DNA from: Vulcanimicrobiota bacterium
Lineage (GTDB): Bacteria > Vulcanimicrobiota > Xenobia > Xenobiales > JADMJV01
Assembly (NCBI GenBank): GCA_050250895.1
Contig: JBFWNU010000003.1
Location: 256,001-320,000, forward strand
DNA: 64,000 bases
Direction: 5' to 3'
Positions 18,595 through 26,331 of the stretch are shown piece after piece. Position numbers and translations under genes: made by a program. Each line of letters starts with the position of its first letter. Position 1 is the first letter of the stretch. Below the pieces are notes generated by a model. That model saw nothing but the letters and a program-made list of their open reading frames with translations, had not been told where the DNA came from and ran no database searches.

Positions 18595-19257
18595 GCCGAA
18601 GGAGGTGAGATTACGTCCAATCCAGCTGAACATTTGACCCGTGTCCGCTCGAGCGCGACGCGCTTGTCGACATCAACCAGACGCGGTGAGTTGCCGGCGC
18701 GGGCGACTCACCTTCGAGTTGCGCCCCCGGCCAGTCACCAATAGGCAAGACTCGAAACGGTTCGCGTGAGGACGGCAGCCTCTCAGGTGGGAGCGGCCGC
18801 ACGCGAGGCCCGAAGCCCCATGGACCACCGCGGAGCTTCTTCTGGTCCCTGGCCGTTTTTCCGTCCCGTCGATCGATGTCGAGTATCGCGAGAAGCTGTG
18901 TCCACAATTCGCTTTTGTCCCCGAGGGCGGCTTTGGTCCGACGGTGACGCGGCGAGGCGTGGGACTGTTCTCGGGCCGGGGAGCGGTGGGTTGAAGAACT
19001 AGTGCGGCTGGTGGTTTGGAGTGGGGGTACTCCGATGACCACCAGCCGCTAGATCTTCGCGTCGAGGCCAGGCCTGTAAAGGGGCAAGGCCTTCTTGCTG
19101 TTTTACCAGCTAGCGAAGCTTTGATATTTCCAGTCTAGCTGGTCTGGGGGAGTAGCAACACATCCATGCTGCTCTTCCCGGAGCATCCCAGCAGGGGGGG
19201 ATTGTTCGGATAGGGGGGGGCTATCCGGACGAGGCTTCCTCGAATCGGACCACCGGC
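18595..19257 (+). ncRNA. Candidate large structured non-coding RNA (~660 nt), family unrecognised
   Basis: No credible ORF; more than 12 nested helices, G-U wobbles favouring the + strand, and 5'/3' end pairing (see findings). Confidence 0.6.
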
Positions 19258-19296
19258 ATACAGTCGTAGAATCAAACACCTGAAGGGGACAGCAAC

Positions 19297-19536
19297 GTGA
19301 TTTCGATCGCCATTTTTCCGGTCGCCGGAGGCCGAACAGCTTCAGTGGAGGGAATTCTCGACGAAACCACCTTCATCACCCTCAAGGATTGGCTCAGTGT
19401 GGTCCTCAGTGGGCCCTCGGGCCGAGTCACTCTAGAGATTTCGGGCCTCTACTCGCCTTGCACCGCCCTCAGACGGCGGCTGCAGCAGCTCGCCACGCGC
19501 TACGACTTCGACCTGGTCGACCAGCCCGTCGAATAA
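19297..19536 (+). CDS. Small hypothetical protein
   Basis: RBS GAAGGGGA before GTG; followed by a terminator hairpin. Confidence 0.55.
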   Translation: MISIAIFPVAGGRTASVEGILDETTFITLKDWLSVVLSGPSGRVTLEISGLYSPCTALRRRLQQLATRYDFDLVDQPVE

Positions 19537-19544
19537 CCAGAAAG

Positions 19545-19575
19545 ACCCCTCGGACGAGCCGAGGGGTTGTGTTTT
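19545..19575. terminator. Terminator hairpin between convergent genes
   Basis: ACCCCTCGG-ACGAG-CCGAGGGGT followed by TGTGTTTT. Confidence 0.65.
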
Positions 19576-19601
19576 CCGGGGGGAGGGAGGGTCTGGGGTA
19601 T

Positions 19602-19985
19602 CTATGTGATCTGTAGCCTCGACTGCCGGGGCGTTTGCAGGCGAGGCCGGGTGGGCTCGAGGCCCATATCGTGACCGGATGCATTCAGTAGTTGGCCTAT
19701 CCAGCCCCGTTCTCCAAAGAACTGAATGCCGGCTTCGCGCCGACCGGTCATAGGCTCCTCAATTTGCCACACTACGGTACCCCGGCAGGAAGGGAGGCCG
19801 GAATAGGCGCCTGATAGTGGAGCGAGGTCAACAGTGGTGTCGAGATCGAGCGGAGGCTGGCAGAGCAGTCGGAGTCCGTGGGCGCTAACGTCGGTAACGA
19901 TACCTACCGAGCCTTGTTCACCGGTGCGGTAGGCCACCAGAGCGTTGCAACGCAGTCTTGGAGATTGGCGGTTATCAAGAGTCAT
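19602..19985 (-). CDS. PilZ domain protein (c-di-GMP receptor)
   Basis: RQSPR (RxxxR) and DVSAHG (DxSxxG) motifs, GTVVW, GIQF. Confidence 0.85.
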   Translation of the reverse strand: MTLDNRQSPRLRCNALVAYRTGEQGSVGIVTDVSAHGLRLLCQPPLDLDTTVDLAPLSGAYSGLPSCRGTVVWQIEEPMTGRREAGIQFFGERGWIGQLLNASGHDMGLEPTRPRLQTPRQSRLQIT

Positions 19986-19987
19986 GG

Positions 19988-20188
19988 CTATTTCCTTGGC
20001 TGCTCGGGGGTGAGTTCTTCATACCCGAGACGGGTCAGATCCTCGTGGAAGGGAGCAATATCGCGAGCCCGATAGAGCGGTCCCTTGCGTCCGGTGCTGG
20101 TGCAGTTCCAGCTGCCGGTTCGGTAGTCCCATTCGCAGATGACGGCGTGCTTGCGTTCCGGATCTAGGAAGTGGCGAGTGGAGGGCAT
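19988..20188 (-). CDS. Small hypothetical protein
   Basis: RBS GAAAGGA before ATG (MPSTRH); tightly coupled to the PilZ gene. Confidence 0.6.
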   Translation of the reverse strand: MPSTRHFLDPERKHAVICEWDYRTGSWNCTSTGRKGPLYRARDIAPFHEDLTRLGYEELTPEQPRK

Positions 20189-20287
20189 GCGGTTCCTTTC
20201 AATCAACCTGAGCTTCGTAGCACAGATCCTGCAGCAACAGGCTCCAAGGCAGGTCGTAGGTGGTCTGGGTGGTGAGGAGATCGGATT

Positions 20288-20518
20288 TTACCATCGGATC
20301 GCCTCCGCTTCAGAAGAGTCCACGGCCGTCCCGGCCCCGATGAAGACCAGGCTATCGGAGTTATAGAAACGACGCTGACTCCTTTCCCAGGCGCGATCCA
20401 TTCGTAACAGACTGCGCTGCAGACGCAGAGCGCGACGGTGAGCACGGTCGGGATCCAGGCCGGGTTCGTCACAAAGACAGGCAGCCACCAATCGTTCGAG
20501 CGGAACTTTCTTTACCAT
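20288..20518 (-). CDS. Small hypothetical protein
   Basis: Strong RBS GGAGGTG before ATG. Confidence 0.6.
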   Translation of the reverse strand: MVKKVPLERLVAACLCDEPGLDPDRAHRRALRLQRSLLRMDRAWERSQRRFYNSDSLVFIGAGTAVDSSEAEAIRW

Positions 20519-20542
20519 ATTTTCACCTCCGGATGAGGGCTC

Positions 20543-20665
20543 GATGGAAAGGCTTGCATAATCCGCTCGTTCGTGCTATGCTGCGGATGCATTATGCGGT
20601 AGCCCAGCTACCCGTCAGCCCTGCGCCAACTTCCCGGACGGAGCAGGGCTACGTGCTTTTCCACC
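20543..20665 (-). promoter_or_regulatory. Candidate structured 5' leader (closing stem plus three hairpins)
   Basis: Minus strand GGTGGAAA/TTTCCATC encloses AGCCCTGC/GCAGGGCT, GGTAGC/GCTACC and GCATAAT/ATTATGC. Confidence 0.4.
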
Positions 20666-20813
20666 GTTATTTAGTTTACCCTGATGTCGAGCCTTCAAAC
20701 ACCCATTTAAGGCGATTTTCTGGCGAGGGATCGCCTGGCTGCTCTCGAAGTTCACGGGCCGTGCCGGCCGTTACTCTCAGTCTATCCCCTGGCGAGGTCC
20801 TCTGTCTGTCGCG

Positions 20814-23597
20814 GTGACGGTGGTCCGAGTCCAGGCCACCTGGAAGGAGGACCGTTTTTGGTTGTGGCTCCGCGACGCTCCCTCCGGCTATTCTCTGGAA
20901 CAGCTGGTCCCCGGTCTTCCGAATAGTGACGCCCAACCGCTCGAGCTTCGTCTGCCCAACGGGCCGGTGACGGTGAGCGGTTGGCCGTTCGAGGTGGGAC
21001 CAATGGTGGCTCCCCTGGCTCGCCTGCCGGTCGACTGCCCCGCCGGTAGTGACCTGAGAGTGTTCAGCCTGGCCGCGCGCTGGTTGTTGGCCTTGCTGGT
21101 GCGTCAACGCTGGCTGCCGTCGGTGCAAGACGGTCAGACCTTCTTTCGCCCCTCCTTTGACGACATGAAAGACCAGGCTCGCCTGCAACAACTCGAGCAA
21201 CTGTTGCCCCCGTCGGCCCGAGCGGCCCAACCCGAACTCTCGCCGCGACAGGTGCTCGAGCGCTTTGCCGAGGTGGGCGTCCACCAGTTGCTGAGCGATT
21301 GGCTGGGCGAAGGCCGGGTCCGGCTGCCGGCCAACCGGCTCAAGTCGCTGCCGGAGGACTACGCTAGCTGGTTGACGGATCTGGCCCAGGGCCACATCCA
21401 GGAGCTGGCACCAACCCTCGAGCGAGAGCTGGCCCGTTGGCAGATGCCTCTGGCTCCTGAACTGGCCACCACTCGTCTGGCCTTTGCCCTGGTACCGCCA
21501 GACCAGGGCGGCTGGCGCTTGGAAATCAGGTTGGAGAGCCGGCTCGGACCCGGTCTATCAGCCGGAGTGGAGGATATCTGGGACAGGCCTCACGAGTTGC
21601 CTCAAGAGTTACGCCTCGACCCACGAGGACCCATGGTGGCTCTGCTGGTGGATCTGGGTCGGGCCATTCGCGTCTTTCCCGAGCTGGGACCGGCTATGGC
21701 CGGTCCTCGTCCCGAGGCGCTCGAGCTTGACCACCAGGAGGTCTACCAGTTCTTGCGCTCGACCGCCTGGCTGTTAGAAGAGATGGGCTTCGGGGTGGGG
21801 ATGCCCTCGAGTCTGCGCCAATTTCAGCCCCTGTCGATGCACTTGAGCGTGAAGGAATCCGCCCAGGGCGGCAAAGGTCTCGACATTCTGGTTGATTACG
21901 ACTGGCAGGTTCGCCTGGGGGAACAGCCGCTCAACGAGGCCGAGCTGCGTCAGCTGGCCGGAGCCACTTTGCCCCTGGTGTGCCTGCGCGGGCAATGGTA
22001 CCTGCTCGAACCCGATAGTCTGCGCCGGGCCCTGGAGCTATGGAATCGGGGCGGGGCCAGAGGGGCGACTCTGGGTGAGGCCCTGGCCGCCTCGCGCGTA
22101 GGGTTGGCGGTCGACTTTACCTTTGAAGGCGGTCTGGCCGGGCTGTCGGGACGTTTCGCGCTGGAACCCCCGCCCTCGACCCTGCGCGCCCAACTGCGGC
22201 CCTATCAAGAACGAGGTTACTCCTGGCTGGTGTTCCTACGCGAGCGCGGGCTGGGGGCCTGCCTGGCCGACGATATGGGCCTGGGTAAGACAGTGCAGTT
22301 GATCGCGTTGCTCTTGCGCGAGCGTGAGCAACATCCCGGATTGGGACCCACCCTGCTGGTATGTCCCACTTCGATCGTGGGCAACTGGTGTAAGGAACTC
22401 GAGCGCTTTGGTCCAGAGCTGCAGGTGATGGTCCACCACGGGCCGGGGCGGCCGAAGAGTCTCGAGCCAGCCGGAGTGGACCTGGTGGTGACGACCTATG
22501 GTTTGGTTCACCGTGATCGCCAGGTGCTGGCCCGGGTCAAGTGGCGGGGCCTGGTGCTTGACGAAGCCCAGAATGTCAAGAATCCGGCCTCTCTGCAAGC
22601 GAAAGCAGTGCGCGCCATGACGGCTGGGTTTCGAGTCGCCATGACAGGCACGCCGGTGGAGAACCGGTTGGCCGACCTGTGGGCCCTGATGGACTTTCTT
22701 CAGCCTCGCTTGCTGGGCACCCGGCGGGGCTTTCAGAAACAGTTCGCCGTGCCGATCGAACGCTACGGCGATGAAGCCTGCCGCGAGGGGCTCAAGAATC
22801 TGGTTGGACCGTTCTTGCTGCGCCGCAAGAAGACCGATCCCGATATCGCGCCCGACCTGCCCGACAAGGTGGAGTACAACCTCTACTGCCGGCTCACCGG
22901 CGAACAGTCGACCCTTTACGAGCAAGCCGCCGAGCAGTTGCTCGAAGAGGTCAGCCTGGCCGAAGGCATCACCCGCAAGGGTCTGGTGCTCAAGCTTTTG
23001 ACCCGGCTCAAGCAACTCTGCAACCATCCCGGCCTCTATCTGGGCGGACTCGACCCCATGGCAGGCCGCTCAGGCAAACTCGAGCGGCTCGAGGAGATGC
23101 TCGAGGAGGTGGTGGCCTGCGGCGACGCGGCCCTGGTGTTCACCCAGTTTGCCGGTTTCGCGCAACGGCTGGCCGGGCATCTGAGTGGCCGTCTCGACCG
23201 CGAAGTGCTCTGTCTGCACGGCGGCCTCTCGCGAGTTGCCCGCGACCGGGTGGTGCATCGCTTTAGCCTGAGCTACGGACCGCCGGTGATGGTCATCTCG
23301 GTGCGAGCCGGTGGCGTGGGCCTCAACCTCACCCGGGCAAGTCGCGTGTTTCACTTTGACCGCTGGTGGAACCCGGCCGTCGAAGCTCAGGCCACCGATC
23401 GCGCGTTTCGTATCGGCCAGACCCGCAAGGTCGAGGTCTATAAGTTCATCTGTAGCGGCACTCTCGAAGAGCGCATCGACCTGATGCTGGCCCACAAAGC
23501 CCGACTGGCCGAGACGGTGGTGGGCAGCGGTGAGGACTGGCTGACCAGCCTGGACGACGAAAGTCTGGGAGCACTGCTCCGGTTGGAGCGGCGATGA
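20814..23597 (+). CDS. SNF2-family helicase (YwqA/DUF3670 type)
   Basis: LRPYQ, LADDMGLGKT, LDEAQ, TGTPVEN, SGK and QATDRAFRIGQ. Confidence 0.93.
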   Translation: MTVVRVQATWKEDRFWLWLRDAPSGYSLEQLVPGLPNSDAQPLELRLPNGPVTVSGWPFEVGPMVAPLARLPVDCPAGSDLRVFSLAARWLLALLVRQRWLPSVQDGQTFFRPSFDDMKDQARLQQLEQLLPPSARAAQPELSPRQVLERFAEVGVHQLLSDWLGEGRVRLPANRLKSLPEDYASWLTDLAQGHIQELAPTLERELARWQMPLAPELATTRLAFALVPPDQGGWRLEIRLESRLGPGLSAGVEDIWDRPHELPQELRLDPRGPMVALLVDLGRAIRVFPELGPAMAGPRPEALELDHQEVYQFLRSTAWLLEEMGFGVGMPSSLRQFQPLSMHLSVKESAQGGKGLDILVDYDWQVRLGEQPLNEAELRQLAGATLPLVCLRGQWYLLEPDSLRRALELWNRGGARGATLGEALAASRVGLAVDFTFEGGLAGLSGRFALEPPPSTLRAQLRPYQERGYSWLVFLRERGLGACLADDMGLGKTVQLIALLLREREQHPGLGPTLLVCPTSIVGNWCKELERFGPELQVMVHHGPGRPKSLEPAGVDLVVTTYGLVHRDRQVLARVKWRGLVLDEAQNVKNPASLQAKAVRAMTAGFRVAMTGTPVENRLADLWALMDFLQPRLLGTRRGFQKQFAVPIERYGDEACREGLKNLVGPFLLRRKKTDPDIAPDLPDKVEYNLYCRLTGEQSTLYEQAAEQLLEEVSLAEGITRKGLVLKLLTRLKQLCNHPGLYLGGLDPMAGRSGKLERLEEMLEEVVACGDAALVFTQFAGFAQRLAGHLSGRLDREVLCLHGGLSRVARDRVVHRFSLSYGPPVMVISVRAGGVGLNLTRASRVFHFDRWWNPAVEAQATDRAFRIGQTRKVEVYKFICSGTLEERIDLMLAHKARLAETVVGSGEDWLTSLDDESLGALLRLERR

Positions 23598-24343
23598 GGT
23601 TCGGCTCGACCTGGTGGTCGCGACGCTGGCTGCGCTCTCTAGAGGGCAGCGTATGGTCCACCCGTCTGCCCGCCGACTCGGGACAGGTGGTTGCCATCGA
23701 GATTCACCAGGGAGTGGTCCAGGCCGAAGTGCTCGACGGCGAGCAATATCATGTTCGCTTCGAACTCGAGCCGCTCGGGCAGGCCGATTGGCAAGAGGTC
23801 CTCGATGTCATTGCTGGTCGCGTCTCGATGGCGGCGAGTTTGCTGAACCGGCGCATGCCGGCCGATGTCGAAGAGGCCTTCTCGGTGTGTGGACGCTCGC
23901 TTCTGCCGACTTCAGCCCACGATCTCGAAGCGCGTTGCAGCTGCGAAGACACCAGGACTCCCTGCCGCCACGCGGCGGCCGTAGCCTACGTCCTGGCCGA
24001 AGCGCTTGACCACACTCCGCTCTTGATGTTTAGTTTGCGGGGCCTCGAGCCGGAGCGGGTGATCGAAGCGCTGGTCCGGCGCTGGGGGGGCCAACCCGTG
24101 AGTCTGGAGCCGCCGGTTGCGCCGGCCGCCCCCCCTTTGCCCGAAGACCCCGACGAGTTCTGGGGCGAGGGTCGGCCGGTCGAACTGGAGGTCGGCCTCA
24201 AGGCCCCCCGGCTGGCGTTGGCACTGGTGCGGCGCCTGGGCGTTCCCTATCGACGTATCGATGAGCAAGACTGGGAGGCTTTGCTGGGCAAGATCTATGA
24301 CGAAGTGGCCCGAGTGGCCCGCAAGACCGCCCTCGAGCCCTAG
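23594..24343 (+). CDS. SWIM zinc finger protein (YwqB-like)
   Basis: FGSTWWSRRW N-terminus and CSC..PCRH motif; 4-nt overlap with SNF2. Confidence 0.9.
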   Translation: MRFGSTWWSRRWLRSLEGSVWSTRLPADSGQVVAIEIHQGVVQAEVLDGEQYHVRFELEPLGQADWQEVLDVIAGRVSMAASLLNRRMPADVEEAFSVCGRSLLPTSAHDLEARCSCEDTRTPCRHAAAVAYVLAEALDHTPLLMFSLRGLEPERVIEALVRRWGGQPVSLEPPVAPAAPPLPEDPDEFWGEGRPVELEVGLKAPRLALALVRRLGVPYRRIDEQDWEALLGKIYDEVARVARKTALEP

Positions 24344-24354
24344 CCGCGCCGCGC

Positions 24355-24663
24355 CGTCGCTCCCTTCGGCGCTTCGCGCCGCGCCGCTGGGCCGACTTTA
24401 GATGAGCGTCGGCCCGGGCGCGGCTTGACGGGATCGACGAGAACGCAAGATCAGAGGGCGGGGCTGGAGTGGGAGGCGACGTTCTCGTCGCTCCCTTCGG
24501 CGCTTCGCGCCGCGCCGCTGGGCCGACTTTAGATGAGCGTCGGCCCGGGCGCGGCTTGACGGGATCGACGAGAACGCAAGATCAGAGGGCGGGGCTGGAG
24601 TGGGAGGCGACGTTCTCGTCGCTCCCTTCGGCGCTTCGCGCCGCGCCGCTGGGCCGACTTTAG
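24355..24663. repeat. 131-bp tandem repeat, about 2.4 identical copies, containing hairpins
   Basis: TCCCTTCGGCGCTTCGCGCC at 24361, 24492 and 24623. Confidence 0.92.
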
Positions 24664-24718
24664 CAAATCTTAAGAAAGGGTCGAGGCAAACTTCAGCTTG
24701 GTGACTTAGTCTGGTTGC

Positions 24719-25651
24719 ATGAAGAAGGCGTCGATCTCGAAAGTCCTGCTTCTGCAGGCCTCGCTGATGTGCTCGATCCTGGCCATCCTTCTGGTGGCCG
24801 CCCTATCTCACCTGGACCTGGGCCCGGGGCCGCTCTTGTTGTCGGCCCTGGTTTGCATTACCGCGATCTTGATGCTCGAACCGGCCCGAGAGCGGCGGCG
24901 GGTGGCCAGCGGCGGCCTTCCTCGCGCTCTCGAGCACGGCTGGCTGCCGCCTGAGGAAGTCAACCGCTTGCGTTACTCCGGCGACGGCTTCGAAGTCTAC
25001 GGCCAGATCATGAGTGGTGGGCGCCAACCGTCGGACTTTTGCGAAGTGTTCGACCAGGACCGAAGTCACCTGGGTCTGGCCCTGGGCAAGGTCGGTGGCC
25101 AGGGCCTGCCGGCCGCTCTCTTTCGTTCCCGCTGTCGCACGCTCTTGGCCGGCACCCTGGGCTGCGGAGATTCGCCCGCCAGCACCGTGGCGGCGCTCAA
25201 TCAGGAGCTGTTTCGTCAGGACGGCCAGAACTTTGCCTCACTCGAATGCGCCAGCTTCGAGCCTTGCACCGGCACCCTCGAGGTTGTCAGTGCCGCTCAT
25301 CCGGCGGCTTTGCTGCTGCGCGACGGGCGGTTGACCGGCCTGGCCACCGGTAACAGCTTGCCGGTCGGCCTGACCGACGATGGAAGATGGCGCAGCCACC
25401 GCTACCAGCTACGCCCCGGGGACCAGGTTATCTTTTTCAGCGACGGCGCCCTCGAGGCCCAGAACTCGAACCGCGAAAGCTTCGGCCTGCGCCGGCTGAG
25501 CAGGGTGCTCGCCCAGGGACTACGCCCGCGCGAATTGCCCGCGCGCGTGCGACGGGCCGTGCTCGATTTCGCCCACGGCCAGACCGACGATATCACGGTC
25601 CTCATTCTGAAGGTGACCCAGACCTCTCAAAGAATGCAGAAGACGGCTTGA
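24719..25651 (+). CDS. Membrane-anchored PP2C/SpoIIE-family phosphatase (possibly degenerate)
   Basis: Two TM helices; AAHP, FSDG and DDIT motifs; KVGGQG in place of DVSGKG. Confidence 0.8.
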   Translation: MKKASISKVLLLQASLMCSILAILLVAALSHLDLGPGPLLLSALVCITAILMLEPARERRRVASGGLPRALEHGWLPPEEVNRLRYSGDGFEVYGQIMSGGRQPSDFCEVFDQDRSHLGLALGKVGGQGLPAALFRSRCRTLLAGTLGCGDSPASTVAALNQELFRQDGQNFASLECASFEPCTGTLEVVSAAHPAALLLRDGRLTGLATGNSLPVGLTDDGRWRSHRYQLRPGDQVIFFSDGALEAQNSNRESFGLRRLSRVLAQGLRPRELPARVRRAVLDFAHGQTDDITVLILKVTQTSQRMQKTA

Positions 25652-26331
25652 GCACCGACAGCAAGACAAAGATCCTGGTGGTCGACGACGAGACGTCGAT
25701 CATCGATTATTTACGGCTGGGCTTCAAGTATGAGGGCTATGACGTTGCCAGCGCTCTCAATGGCCAGGACGCTCTTGAATTGGTGCGCTCGGACGCGCCC
25801 GATCTGGTCGTACTGGATCGCATGTTGCCTGATCTCGACGGACTGACCGTGTGCCAGCGCATCCGCACTTTTACGGATATTCCCATCTTGATGCTCTCTG
25901 CCCGGGGCGAGGTAGAAGACCGGGTCGAAGGCCTGCAGAAGGGGGCCGACGACTACCTTCCCAAGCCGTTCGAGTTCGAAGAACTGCTGGCCCGCGTCCA
26001 GGCCCTTTTGCGGCGCAGCGGGCGGGTTTCCGACTCCAGGCAACTGACCTATGGCTCCCTCGAGCTCGATCCACGAGCCCGGCGTTTGCGAAGCCAGGGT
26101 GAGACGATCGAACTGACGGCGCGCGAGTTCGAGATCCTCGAGTTGCTGATGAGCCACCAGGGCCAGGTGATGACCCGCGAGCAGCTGATCACCCGCTTGT
26201 GGGGCTTTGACTTCGAAGGCAACACCAGTGTGGTCGAGGTTCACATTAGCGCCCTGCGCTCCAAGCTCGGCGACGACCACAAAGAGATCATTCGCACGGT
26301 GCGAGGAGTGGGCTATGTACTCGGCGGGTAG
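25648..26331 (+). CDS. OmpR-family response regulator
   Basis: VVDDE, LDRMLP, GADDYLPKPF, LTAREF and IRTVRGVGY; TTG start overlaps the upstream stop. Confidence 0.93.
   Translation: MSTDSKTKILVVDDETSIIDYLRLGFKYEGYDVASALNGQDALELVRSDAPDLVVLDRMLPDLDGLTVCQRIRTFTDIPILMLSARGEVEDRVEGLQKGADDYLPKPFEFEELLARVQALLRRSGRVSDSRQLTYGSLELDPRARRLRSQGETIELTAREFEILELLMSHQGQVMTREQLITRLWGFDFEGNTSVVEVHISALRSKLGDDHKEIIRTVRGVGYVLGG

Noticed and set aside
18599-18612. Minus-strand TCACCTCCTT resembling the 16S rRNA 3' end
   Set aside because: Only about 10 nt match and no other rRNA features flank it.
18611-19042. ORFs 18611-19042 (-) and 18766-19002 (+)
   Set aside because: No RBS, atypical Arg/Ser/Pro-rich composition; the region is better explained by RNA structure.
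18595-19257. tmRNA, RNase P RNA, group I/II intron or retron ncRNA
   Set aside because: I found no tRNA-like CCA end, no GAGGAAAGUCC, no recognisable domain V, no interrupted gene and no reverse transcriptase in the window.
20814-24343. SNF2+SWIM pair as a novel defence system
   Set aside because: This is a widespread, already described gene pair (YwqA/YwqB type) with no additional partners here.
24355-24663. Possible mini-CRISPR (three ~49-bp repeats)
   Set aside because: The intervening sequences are identical, so this is a plain tandem duplication.
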